DNA of 64,000 nt. Source: Hormiphora californensis. Taxonomy: Eukaryota > Animalia > Ctenophora. Below the pieces are notes generated by a model that saw only the letters and a program-made list of their open reading frames with translations, was not told the DNA's origin and made no database searches. A program made the translations under genes and the position numbers. Below are positions 52,561 to 64,000 of this stretch, piece after piece (position 1 is the first letter of the stretch; every line of letters starts with the position of its first letter). The DNA is taken from positions 1,736,001 through 1,800,000 of the forward strand of contig CM035357.1 of the NCBI GenBank assembly GCA_020137815.1, in the 5' to 3' direction.

Positions 52561-53514
52561 AGGAGGAGGTTGTAGATAAGGGATGGCAGATAGAGAAGGG
52601 GTAACATGACACAGTGTTTTGTCAATTAATTTAGTACCATTATATACCCTGCTAACTTAAATAATGCGCCAGTGGCGAGAAGTCCCACTAGCGCGCTCTC
52701 AGTAAACAGCCAGTCCAGCGGCAGATTATTTCCCACTGGCAGGTTATTTATTTTTAACTCCTACGTAACATTCAAAGTGTGTGTAAATGATCAGTTCTTA
52801 CTAAAATACAGAGGGAACACTATGTGCAACACTTACACACTACATTGGAGAGAAAGAAAGGACACATTCCGTCAATTACTCTCTCTTTATCTCCCCTTTT
52901 GTCTCACTATCTCTTTCTCTGTGTTATTTGTGACATGCCCCTTATCAGGCTATTTCTTTCACTCTCTTTCCTTAGCAACTGCTTAGTAACTGTTACCAAA
53001 CAGTGTACACTCAATTGTGACGTGTTTTTAACTATTTCTCAGTTCTCTTTGTGTGTTTTGATTAGTGTTCTCTCTCTTGTTGGTGTGTAATACTTGAAAT
53101 AAACAACTAAAGCAGGGTATATAACCCATAAACTCTGACCACTGGCACGTTATAGGTTTAAACCCCTCCGCCTCTCCCTCGGCTCCGCCTCGGGATCGTC
53201 GTCGTGATTTAAACCAGTTTATCCGCCAGCGGCGGATAAACTCCAGCTAACTTCTCCCAGCGGCGCGCTGGGAGAAAGTTATCTGAAATAACGCGCCAGT
53301 GGCCAGAGTTTATGCCTCATATATCGTTGTTCATTTTGTTAGTGGAAGATGCCATTCACCTAGATAAAGAAGGAAGGGGTGAAAATCGGATAACGTAGGC
53401 TATGTCCTAACTACTACATATCACTTTCTTGTAATATAAAACTTATAAATCCAAACAACTCGTCACAAATCATCTCTCTCTCCTCCACCCTCTATCTCTC
53501 TCTCTCTCCCACAC

Positions 53515-54438
53515 CTAATCCCGACCAATCTGATGGGTAATATCAGGTGCATCAATCCTCACAATCCTCTCTGCCAGTGAGAAATACCCCTCATACCAGA
53601 CCGTATCAGGTGTAGTATCAAAATGATAATGACCCCCATCTCCGTGGTCACTAAAACAATGGCTATGCTCCAACCTCAAATCCAACCCTGGATCTCGGCT
53701 TACAAAGACACTGGTATGAACCAGCGGTGCCGACATTTCATAGAACCTCAACCATCTGTTGACATCATCATCAGATCGTATCGGGGTGCAGGAAAATCCA
53801 GGCATGACGTGACATTTTGTTTTCCCTTCCTTTAATATAAACACCCCACCAACAGCAACGGTAGTCTCCCCGAAATCAGCTGCTAAACCTTCATTCATGG
53901 TTGTGATGAAGTTACGGTGACCGGTTCTGATCCTAGCTGACACTTTGATAACCGGACCTGGGAGTCCCTGGGAGAGGTACAAGTTGCCTAGTAACCCGAA
54001 GGAATCATGCGGGTACCTCTCACACAGATACGTGTCCTGTGTCTCATCAGTTACACGTGTAAACCAACTCCTGTTCTCAGCTCCAACCTTGAAATTATTG
54101 ACCAGTTCAGCGTTCTTACCAACTTTTACACTCGCAACCGCGCTTGGACCAATCACAACTGCTTCAGGAACTCCACACAGTTGGGAAATGGTCGGTAGTG
54201 AGTATTCCTTGGCAACTTTGGGTCGGGGTATCAGGTTTGGTACACCCCCGACATCGGCCACGGTGGACATTCCACAAAGACCAGGGGCTGCAATACCACC
54301 CCACACCCCCAGATCCGGACAATCCACCACAGATACATCCACTTCTTTGAAGTTCAGTTTCAGAGATCTGGTGAAGGAGTCGACCACCTCACTCAACGGT
54401 GGTGGAGTTAGTTTCACCTCTTTGACAGGCAATGGCAT
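53515..54438 (-). CDS. C11orf54: Ester hydrolase C11orf54 (DUF1907) homolog, intronless
   Basis: LKLNFKEVDVSVVDCPDL, DVGGVPNLIP, HVMPGFS, DPGLDLRLEHSHCFS and GGHYHFDTTPD. First true ATG at 54438. Confidence 0.92.
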   Translation of the reverse strand: MPLPVKEVKLTPPPLSEVVDSFTRSLKLNFKEVDVSVVDCPDLGVWGGIAAPGLCGMSTVADVGGVPNLIPRPKVAKEYSLPTISQLCGVPEAVVIGPSAVASVKVGKNAELVNNFKVGAENRSWFTRVTDETQDTYLCERYPHDSFGLLGNLYLSQGLPGPVIKVSARIRTGHRNFITTMNEGLAADFGETTVAVGGVFILKEGKTKCHVMPGFSCTPIRSDDDVNRWLRFYEMSAPLVHTSVFVSRDPGLDLRLEHSHCFSDHGDGGHYHFDTTPDTVWYEGYFSLAERIVRIDAPDITHQIGRD

Positions 54439-54805
54439 TTTCAATGGATTGAAGGCAGCTGTGAGCGTCAGGGAAGTCAGGAACAAGTTCTAAACTTTTC
54501 AAAATGTCACACTTAGCCTCGACAAAGTTATTTAACCGGTACTTGACCTGAGCTCTGTTGTACAGAGCTGTGTGATTTGATGGGTTGTGGGAGAGGGACT
54601 CCGTGTAATCCTGAATGGCCTCTGGGAAGTCAACCTGAAGGTAGTGGCACTGTCCCCGGTTATTGTACGCCAGAGAGAGGATGTTGGGGTCTTTAGAAAG
54701 AGAGGAGGGAGAGAGGAGGGTGGAGATAATGGAGGTGTATGTTGCTATTGCTTCTACTAGTTTTCGTTGGGAGAGAAGCTTGTCAGCTCTACTGAGCACT
54801 TCCAT
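54389..54805 (-). CDS. TTC32: Small TPR protein, TTC32-like
   Basis: 138 aa with three TPRs; AYNNRGQCHYLQVDFPEAIQDYT and ALYNRAQVKYRL. Confidence 0.78.
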   Translation of the reverse strand: MEVLSRADKLLSQRKLVEAIATYTSIISTLLSPSSLSKDPNILSLAYNNRGQCHYLQVDFPEAIQDYTESLSHNPSNHTALYNRAQVKYRLNNFVEAKCDILKSLELVPDFPDAHSCLQSIENAIACQRGETNSTTVE

Positions 54806-54979
54806 TTGGCATACTAAAATTGAGGTAGTTTGAGTAGCTAAACTTCACAAGTAATGACAGCTTTAACTTGCCTCGGCCCTGTTTAAAAACCAAAAATGGT
54901 TTGAACAAAACAAAGATTTAACCTAAATACTCAAACAATAAATATACAATAACAACAATAACAACAATCCAATCCTCTC

Positions 54980-57900
54980 TCAGTCTGATTTGACCTTATT
55001 CCTTCTCCACTCTTTAAGAAGCTCCAAGTAAGACACCAATAGGGGCAGTCCGACGGGTAAAAACAGGGGAATATAAATTGCAAACTTCTGGTCATCGGGG
55101 AAGTAGAGTAGAGCGAGAATAGAAGGATCAGAGAATGATTTCTCAGCGGCATCCCGAGCAAGGGACGAGTGAAGGAGAGCCAAGTTGATGTTGCCCTCCT
55201 CCATTGCTGTACAAGCGCGTTCTATCCCGATTATAGAGAGGGAAACCTGGGTGGGATATAACTGAGTTGTGAAGTCACTTTTTAGAAGAGCGATCAACTA
55301 TTTGCCAAGTGGTTAATAATAATACAGTGGTAAATAATAATACAGTGGTAAATAATAATACAGTCGGACCCTGATTTACCGGATTGCTCGGGGAGGAATT
55401 GTCCCAGTAAATCGGGGGGGGGGGGGTAAAACTGGGTGTGACAGTACCTGATCTGCGATGTGATCTCCAATGACCATGTTCGGGATAGAATCTACCAAAC
55501 TTATCAGCGAATTTAGCGTATCAACCGACCTGGGAAAAGAGTTAGCAGATTACAAATCAGAAACATTATTATTAGTAGGTACCGAGTCTTCTAGAAAGAT
55601 GTGACCTGAAAACCAGGAACCGACCGAAACAAGTAAACAACCAATCAGAACTCGTCATTTAGGTAACGTGACTGGTTATCAGCCAATCAGGGACCAGTAT
55701 TACCTGATTCGGTCGGTTCCTGTTAAAAACCACTTCGAAATAAGGAGAAAGTATACCTGACAACATGAGTTAAAGCGGTCCGTGATTTGAGAAGGAACAA
55801 CTCCCTGCCATCAATTCTGCTGTTGTTGCTAGCCCTCAATCCTAACAGCTGTTTTAGCTGTGGTAACAGAACACTGAATACCTCACTCCCATCAACGCTT
55901 GATTTTCCCCTGGAATCATGTGAAATGTTATGTTCTAACCCTCCCTTTACAGGGTCTAGCTAGGCAATGATACACTAGGTCATGTCCAATATATTGATCT
56001 GGACAAGCTGCTGTTAAAACGGTACAAGATAGAGCAAATTGCCTAGCTAGACTGTGTTTGAACATAACAAAGAGCAAAACGGTTAATTCCGGCGTCTTTC
56101 TTGGACAGCGTCTTTCTTGGATACATTTCAAGCGGTCTAGCTTTGGTAATGAAATCCCCCCTCTGCGCTAATGCAATAATAGGGGTGACTTCGTAACCAA
56201 GTCTAGCTAGATCTAGAGGATATATTACAATGCAGTATGCAAGTTTTAATGTGGTATCAATAAAATGTGGTATCAATAAAATTGATCATTCAACTCGTTA
56301 CACTCATATTTTGAGTTCTCTGTTATGCCACATAATTCTAAATCGACCTAATTCTTATACCCAACCGGCAACCCAGAAGTGGGTCAGTTGTTTTAGCTTG
56401 GAAATATTTCCGTTTGAGTTTTAAAGAGGTCATGCTTTGTTCCTAACACAACTCCCTAACACAACTCCCTACACAGATCATGTCATTTCGCGGGTTTTCC
56501 ACCGCCGTGATTTCAACATCAGTTATTTTCCTTGTAATACTTTCCTTTCAACCTTTGATCAATGAAGGACAAAATAACAACCTTGTGATTGTGGACCATG
56601 TCAATGTGAAGTTTGAACAACACAATATAACGATCGACGTTATAACAAACGACACGAAGGAAGAGGAAAAGAAGGAGGAAGTTTTCATTGTGTTTGTGAT
56701 TCCAATTAGACCTACTGATTTTGAACGACGTCAAGTGATACGTGAAACATGGGCAAATCCTTCCAGTTGGACAGACTTTAAGGAGAAAACCAATACGACA
56801 TCTCCCAAGGACGAGTTCTACCGAAGATTTGCCATCATGTTCATCATAGCCGATCCAGATTTGGAACACAAGGAGGCTGCAGCTGCCAGGGAGGAGGTAG
56901 AAAGTGATGATGAAACAACTGAAACGACGGGAGAAAGCAATGAAACAACTGAAACGGCGGGAGAAGGCAATGGCGATAATAATAGCGAGGAAGAAGATGA
57001 CCCTGATATTAGCCAGTTGTTAAAGGAAGAAGCAGAAAGGTACGGTGATATTTATGATGTGGATGGGCTCGATAAGGGGTATCACATGATAAAAGACAAG
57101 ATTCTCGGGGGAATGAAACAGAGCTTGGTGCTATACAACGCCACCTATATCATTAAAACGGACGGAGATATTTTTGTCAACATCCCTGTCCTGATCAGGA
57201 GACTGAAATCAGCACCCCGAACCAGCCTTTACACAGGGGCTTGCTACGTACATGTTATATTAATAGAACCCACTGTCAGAGAGTACCTCAATACACATGG
57301 TGTCAAAACATATGGGCGCTTTCCCAATTGGAAATACTGCTTGGGAGGAGGGTACATCTTATCCCGTGATGTGGTGGAGAGGATCATGGACCTGTCACAG
57401 GAGGTTGGAAGGATTCCAATCATTGCTGAGGACATGTACACGGGGTATCTTGTGGACAAGTTACAAGAACCAGCAGTCCCTGCAGTGGGAAATAACGGAT
57501 GGATGCAGTTGGATAATGCAGATCCTTTAGTGTTGAACACCAAGGTATTTCTTCACGGGTTTAACAAATTGGAACTTTTTGTACAGATTTTAGACAGTCT
57601 CAATGAAATTCCATTTTTACCTGCGGCTGATAAGCACCACATGCTCCCAGGACATGGATACTAAACTATGTGTGCAAAACATCAGGGCTTTGTTATGTTC
57701 CAACGGGGCATGGTAAGAGAAGCCGAGGGTCGAGCATGGCAAGGACTCAGGGTTTGGGCTTTCTAAATTCATTCAATCCATTTTGTCTTTCCAACCCTCG
57801 TTGTTTCACGAAGTCATTAACGTTAAGAACATGATAAAATAATGCAAATCCAACCGAAAGTTGTGCAAGAAAGATGCTGGAACCAACTGTTTTGCTCATG

Positions 57901-58320
57901 TTATACCGTTCTCTCACAACAACCTAGTCCAGATCAATATATTGGATGACCTAATATGTAGTTAGTCCGAGTTTTGGGGCAAAACAAGCTAAACAATTTC
58001 ACAATTTATCCGGTCCAATTACTTAGTGTTGTAGAGGAGCACAGCACCGAATTGGGGTGAAAGGAATGTCGCCAAACTTTGGAAACTACCGTCATTTTTT
58101 CTGATTGTTAGAGGACTGAATTCGGGCTCGACTAGGTAGACTATCAGGTTGATGTCGTTTGAGGTAGAAGTTCCCAGCTTGCTCTCAATGGGCGTTATAA
58201 GATGAGGTAGTGAGGACTGAAAATAGTGATCATAGGGGGAGATAGAAATAGAGAGATAGAGAGAGAGATATAGAAATAGAGAGATAGAAATAGAGAGAGA
58301 GAGAAAGAGAGAAATGGGGT

Positions 58321-58352
<32 letters not shown>

Positions 58353-58356
58353 AATA

Positions 58357-58402
<46 letters not shown>

Positions 58403-59406
58403 ATAATGAAGTAAAATTAACTCTTACCTCACTGATATAAAAACTATCTCCATTCTGAGCAGGTCTGTGGGGCAGCGTCACATATCTCACCACCTGGGTT
58501 TGGTAGGTAAAGGTCGCTATTGCTGCTAGCTCCTTGAGGAAGGGTGCAAGGTACTGTTGTGATGCTTCAGCCAGATCATGTGGTAGTGAAATGGTGGAGG
58601 GGTCAGGGTTAACAACCGTCACTAGAATGTTGTAGGAAGTTGACACCGCCATCGCGTTCATTACACTCTGAAAATAGTAGTTGTGAATAGTACATAGTTG
58701 TGAGTTAAGAATCAAATACTAGATACATGATGAAAATTATGATAATATTACCCACAGTAATACCCTCAGTATAATAATACCCACAGTTTGTACCTGATCG
58801 GGGCTGTTAGAAAAGACGTGATTTTTGAGGTTTTCCAAGTCAAGATAATTTACAATATCACTCCCTACTTCCGCCAACTTTCGATCCATCTTTTCTACTG
58901 AAATTTTCACTCCATCCCTAGTTATTTCTGCTTTAGATGGACGCTTCACATTATTTGTCAGCATCACAGATGGTCTCTTGTTTGTGCATTTCTCCGCACT
59001 AATTGGCAAAATATCAAAGATGGCGTTTCCTTTTGGGGTTCGGGATAAAAGATATGGTTTCAGAGATGTTATCAGACTATCAACTCTATCTTGGGACACA
59101 TCTGAAATAATGGAATGCTGTGAGAATTTGAAAAAGTGATTATTTTGACTCGTGACAGGGCCCTGACTCATGGCTGATACAGTTTTCTTATTATTCTCTC
59201 GTTCTACCTTCTTTATCGAAACACACATCGACTGGAATGGAAAGAAGAACCTTTCTGCTCTTTAATTCCCGTAACTTTTGATGAGGTAGGTTTGCCCGGT
59301 AGGTGTCGGTGGTGTGCCACCATAATGGGACACCCAGAACAACGATAATCAGTGAGTAGTAGAGTAGATTGATCCTTTGAATTGATTTTGGCAGCCATTG
59401 CAACAT
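54980..59406 (-). CDS. PIGS: GPI transamidase subunit PIG-S (multi-exon)
   Basis: N-terminal TM LGVPLWWHTTDTYRANLP; C-terminal AEKSFSDPSILALLYFPDDQKFAIYIPLFLPVGLP. The first intron at about 59103-59207 reconciles the two 5' ORFs. Confidence 0.92.
55614..55722. mobile_element. hAT-type MITE copy (PIGS intron)
   Basis: Same TIRs; TSD ctgaaaac/ttaaaaac (6/8). Confidence 0.85.
56480..57664 (+). CDS. GT31 family beta-1,3-glycosyltransferase (B3GALT-like), intronless, nested antisense in a PIGS intron
   Basis: Type II N-terminal TM; ERRQVIRETW, LLKEEAERYGDI, IIKTDGDIFVNI (DxD), YCLGGGYILS and AEDMYTG. Confidence 0.9.
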   Translation: MSFRGFSTAVISTSVIFLVILSFQPLINEGQNNNLVIVDHVNVKFEQHNITIDVITNDTKEEEKKEEVFIVFVIPIRPTDFERRQVIRETWANPSSWTDFKEKTNTTSPKDEFYRRFAIMFIIADPDLEHKEAAAAREEVESDDETTETTGESNETTETAGEGNGDNNSEEEDDPDISQLLKEEAERYGDIYDVDGLDKGYHMIKDKILGGMKQSLVLYNATYIIKTDGDIFVNIPVLIRRLKSAPRTSLYTGACYVHVILIEPTVREYLNTHGVKTYGRFPNWKYCLGGGYILSRDVVERIMDLSQEVGRIPIIAEDMYTGYLVDKLQEPAVPAVGNNGWMQLDNADPLVLNTKVFLHGFNKLELFVQILDSLNEIPFLPAADKHHMLPGHGY

Positions 59407-60909
59407 TCTAGAGGTTATTGCAGGGGAATCAGCGGGCCGTAGGGGTGTCCGAAAGGCGGGAAAACTTTAAAAATAGCCTTCAAAATAAGATTATGAAAGC
59501 TCAAGCCTCGAATATGCAGTGGGGGCGCCCAAAAGCCAGGCAGAAACACTTTCAGACGAGTTTGAAACTTTAAAAAAGTTAAAAAAACTTAATAAATAAA
59601 TAAATAAATAAATAAATCTTTAAAAACTTGTGAAACACGAAATGCATCGCTTGTGGACTAAATTATCGCGCGTTACGTTTTATGCTGCGCATCATACATC
59701 GGTGCATAGAACGTTTTTTGAAGTTTTCTTTTTCGCATTTTCTCTTCCAGCAGTGTTTGCCAAGATCGAGAGTGCTCTCCCGTGGCCAGGCGCCAGCGTT
59801 AAATTTCTGGGTGTTTTGGGAGTGCTGACAAACGGTTTTTTAGGGTTAGGGCTAAAGTAGGGTTAGGGTTGGGGTTTGGGTTGGGGTTAGGCCTTGACAT
59901 TCCCTACCAGATAAATTTTGAATCAGCCAAAACGGTTGAGTGGTTTGGTGGTTAGAGCCATTTTAGTGAATCAACTTTTTTGGCAGCGCGCACCTGTAAA
60001 CAGGCCTCCAAACACCCAGATCGTAACGGCGCCCCTCTCCCGTCTCGCCGCCTCAAAGGCGACCTATTACTGGAAGTTTGATTGAAAACTGAAAAGTGCT
60101 GTTCGAAGGGCCTGTAGCAAATGCCAAGAAGTGTGATACGCCTGTTTTCTGGTTAATACTGCTGAAAAAGTACCATTCACATTTCACAGTGCACTAACGT
60201 TTGCACATATCCTTAGTCCCTACCTGCTACCAGAACTAAAGGGACCTGAGCCCTAGTCCCTACATCGAGTGCCAAGTTGAAAGTGAAATTTAAAGTATAT
60301 CACGAAAAGCCTACTCTATTCATCTTCTGTATTTGGATTTGTTCTTAAAGGGCCCAAACATGTCATCACAGATCCACCGACGACCAAGTACCAACATTGA
60401 TCCACCGACGACCAACCTTAAATCTTCGTCACGGATCGGATCACATCGGACATCCATCAATATTTCTAAGTAATTCTCTTGATCACTTTCTCTCTCGCTT
60501 TGAGAGATTGACGAGATCCCATGCCGCACACTGTATCTAAATCTCTCTCGGCTCAAGCACACGCCACACATATTCTATGTGACTCATATCATACACTATG
60601 AACTTTGATAGGGTACGCAAAGGCCGAATTGCGTCTCCTAGTATCACTTAACCACGAGCTACGGTTTTGGCTGTCATAAGAAGGACTTGTGATGCTGTAA
60701 AGACCCTCTGGTTCTGAGTTAGTAATTCAACTTTGTTCATACACTTTGATCTCCACTTAATAAAAGTATAATAGTAAGGTGTGCCGTAATTTTTTCCTTT
60801 GATTGTAAAACACGAATGAAGCACATATTTTGTAGATTTGAGAAAAATCAGTAGCTTCTTTCAAACTGAAATTAAAATCTCTGCTTTCTCCCCTATCAAT
60901 CATCTTCCA

Positions 60910-61642
60910 TCAAGGATAAACAAACTGGTAGACACAGTAGATTTTACCAAGACTCCCAGCGATCCTCACTTCACAACCTACACTCATTTCAACTGCCCCC
61001 GCTGTGTTATTCACGATGGGACTCCACGCTGATACCATGTAGTCTTCACAGAAATGTTTTACCATAACCTGGCGAAATTAAACAAGTTAGTTGAACAACC
61101 TTTCAGGGGGGGGGGAGGAATAATTAATCACAAGTATGTTTCTTGTTGATAGAACATGTAGCGGCAAGAATACTTCTAAAAAATTCGTCTAAAATGTTAG
61201 AAAAAAATGGTTCATGTTTGTCTAATCCACATCTATTGTCAGATTACAGGCAGCAGCAATACTTCTTAATACTTGGTCTAAAAGAATAAATGGTTCATGT
61301 TGGTCCCTAATCCACATCTATTGTCAGATTACAGATACACTTTAAATAACTTACGTTATCATCGATTCTCTTCAACAGCAACAACCCATTGACCCAATCA
61401 TCATCAATCACTCCATAAGTTTCTTTATCCAATATATTCTTTGCTCGTTTTGCCATCTTCTCAGACCATGGCAGTTTGTGGTAGTCCACATGTCTCTCTT
61501 TCAAACATGCCCTAATGTAACCCTCCCCAATAATTGGATACTCATCATCTTGGTGTAGAGAATCCGAGGCTGTAGCGGAGTGTGGGGAGTTGGAACCGGA
61601 ACATGCCACAAGAAGAGCAAGGAGAGAGAAAAGTAAAGTCAT
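60910..61642 (-). CDS. Small secreted protein with a divergent CAP/SCP-like pattern (two exons: 61355-61642, 60910-61068)
   Basis: Signal peptide MTLLFSLLALLVACSG; a phase-0 GTAAGT..CAG intron gives a 148-aa protein. LPWSEKMAKRAK and VGCEV...GKIYCVY echo CAP motifs. Confidence 0.6.
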
Positions 61643-62118
61643 GAGATGCCAAATGGATTGTGGAGTGGTAGAACAGGTGGTTAATCTGGGTCTAATTTAA
61701 AGGAGTGCCTTCACAGAGACAGATGGATTGTTAGACAGACAGAGAGAGAGAAACAGAGAATAAGAGATGAAAGGGTTAAGAGAGGAACGTAGGAATAGTG
61801 AGAGACAGATGGAAGAGAGATGAAAATAGTGGCACCAGCATTGGCGGAGACAATGAGCTAAATTTACTAATGCCGACACAACTAGCACCATCTATAAAGT
61901 CACGTGTTTTTCTCAGAAGATACTCAATTGTGTGCCAAATTTACATTTTAGTTTTATCTCCCCTTGTTCTAACCCTCCCTAATACAAAATTCCCGCGGTA
62001 CGATGAGGGAGGGTCTAGCAAGACAAATCTGAAATCTCCCCTATTTCCCCCGCTTACTAACTTTCTCTCCCTCCTCACCTATTAATATCTTATCCACCTC
62101 TAGCAAGTCCCTGAAGAA

Positions 62119-62953
62119 ATGTCCTCTCCCAGTATCTGTGAAGTAGGTAGCCGCCTCGTCCAGGAGTACACCACTAAAACTCCCCAGAAACTGAAACTTA
62201 TCGATGCCTATTTGGGGTAAGTACACTTGAATCCCTGGACCGCAAAGTTGTTTTGGGAGTTGGAAGAAGGTCGGAAGAGGGCGGTGTTAGAAAAGACCTA
62301 AAATATATATGGTGGGGATAGAACCAGAAAAGGACAACGCATCATTCTAAGAACGGGTCGGTTTAATTAACCCATTATCTTCCCCTCCCACAGATACATC
62401 ATGGTAACAGGAATTATCCAGTTTATCTACTGTTGTCTAGTCGGTACTTTCCCCTTCAACTCCTTCCTATCTGGCTTCATCTCAACTGTGGCCAGCTTCA
62501 TTCTTGGAGGTAAGTTTTTAGATAAATCCTGGTTTTGCCACGACTATCACTGATAGTTGATACCTTTCCCGAAAACATCTTCAATTATCCATAAAGTCCA
62601 TATTTTTTCAATTGTTCCCCCAAACTCATGAAATTGTGAAATTTGAAGTTTTGTTGTGCACACCACACGTTAACATGTAATAAGCGTGCAAAACAAATCT
62701 GCACACTAATTTAGGGGGGAACAGTTGAAAAAAATGGAGAATACTTCAATTTATAGCTTTACTTTAGTTCTAAATTTTTTAACCAAATCTCCCTCCACTA
62801 AACAAATCTCCCTCCACTTCAGTATGTCTGAGGATCCAGGTGAATCCCGCCAACAACATCGTCTTCAAGGACATCTCAGTGGAGAGGGCCTTTGCTGATT
62901 TTATCTTTGCTCATGGTGTCCTGCATCTAGTTGTCCTCAACTTCATCGGTTAA
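62119..62953 (+). CDS. DAD1: Oligosaccharyltransferase subunit DAD1/OST2 (exons 62119-62216, 62394-62509, 62823-62953)
   Basis: [17 protein letters not shown]; [21 protein letters not shown]; CLRIQVNP...[23 protein letters not shown]. Absent from the ORF track. Confidence 0.95.
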
Positions 62954-63354
62954 TTATCGGTTAACTATCGGTTAACTATCGGTTAATTATCGGAGATAAT
63001 ATCTTAGAGCCTGGACTATCTCCTTGGGGAAAGAGTTGAACTCTCTCAGAGCATTTATTTTTATTTTGCCATATAATTTAAAGTTGACAGTTATAAAGTA
63101 TGTGTATGAACGATTGCTTGTGATTGTCTTGAGAAGAAAACATGTTTGAGAAATTTCACTTGTTTCCATTCTTACACGTCCCACCCGGTATAAACTTTCA
63201 GAAAATCCCCCCCCCCTCATCATGGCGAACAAAACTATACCGAATCGGGTTGGTCTGATTTTGTTCGTTATGGCGGAGGGTTACCTACAAACAGCCCCGT
63301 CAACTCCTCTCCTCCAACACCCCATTCTAGTTACTCTCCTTCTCTTGTAGTACC

Positions 63355-64000
63355 ATGGTCATGTCAGAGGAAGGCCAGGGTTCAGATGACCAACCTCGAA
63401 AGAGACTAAAGTTCAGATGTTACAAACCGGCTGATGAAACACTGCAGGACCGGCAGGTAAGTTGTAACTATGATAACAATGTGGTAACCATGGTCACATT
63501 ATTGTGGGCTGGACGCTGTGGTTTGTCATTCAATTAACAGATTTGTGGCAATTATTGGGCCCGTATTGCATTGTGTTCCTCGACCCTTGCTGTATCTAAA
63601 TCCCTGGATTTTTATCGGTTTTGTTCCACTGATTCCCAAAATCTAAAGACCAGCCTTTCATCAGTATCAACTTTTTTTCCACCAGATTGCACCTGCCTCA
63701 TCTCTCTCGGTTGATTCTGAGGTGAAGAAGATAGTTGAAGAATCCAAGATAGCTGGTTCGGCAGAGATCGACCTCAACGCACTAGCTCCCAGGTAAAATT
63801 TGTACTTTACCTCTCTGAAAACTTCACGATCTAATCAGAATATATTATTCTATGAAGACCTATAGTGTATACTGTATAGTCCATACCATCATTTTCTAAT
63901 ACTATTTCTCCATATATTCCCAGAAAAGAGAACTGGGATCTGAAGAGGGATGTCGAGAAGAAACTGGCCAAGTTGGAGAAGAGAACAAAGAGATCCATGG
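63355..64000 (+). CDS. CCDC12: CCDC12/Cwf18 spliceosome-associated protein, 3' end beyond the window
   Basis: LKFRCYKPADETL | ...EIDLNALAPR | KENWDLKRDVEKKLAKLEKRT across three exons. Confidence 0.9.

Noticed and set aside
59191-59228. Apparent frameshift in the 5' end of PIGS
   Set aside because: Explained by a phase-1 intron GAAG|GTAGAA...ATTTCAG|AT (about 59207-59103).

Overview
Eukaryotic (metazoan) genomic DNA with GT-AG introns, many microsatellites and many small transposons. It is probably a ctenophore: I recall the dominant 109-bp MITE from Pleurobrachia gene models, but cannot verify this here. (1) A minus-strand multi-exon gene encodes four C2H2 fingers that closely match Wilms tumour protein WT1 (3' end at 5520). 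A phase-consistent exon chain runs to 19441 and probably on to about 42100. (2) A young Penelope-like retroelement (RT + GIY-YIG) sits in one of its introns, with an 864-bp inverted repeat, a 16-bp TSD and two minimal hammerhead ribozymes. (3) A same-strand tandem array of about 10 intronless RING + poly-TRAF-zinc-finger genes (20.1-40.5 kb) lacks the MATH domain. Several members end in a transmembrane tail, nearly all have a splice acceptor just before the ATG, and the array appears to lie inside a single 21.7-kb intron of the WT1-like gene. (4) An operon-like cluster PIGS > TTC32-like > C11orf54-like > EXD3/mut-7, in which two CDSs overlap by 50 bp. An intronless GT31 glycosyltransferase, bracketed by inverted repeats, is nested antisense in a PIGS intron. 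(5) A divergent CAP-like secreted protein gene, DAD1 and the start of CCDC12. (6) Twelve copies of an hAT-type MITE (8-bp TSD), a Kolobok-like insertion splitting one TRAF-like gene, and other palindromic MITEs. Exon models were built by hand, and some frameshifts may be assembly errors.
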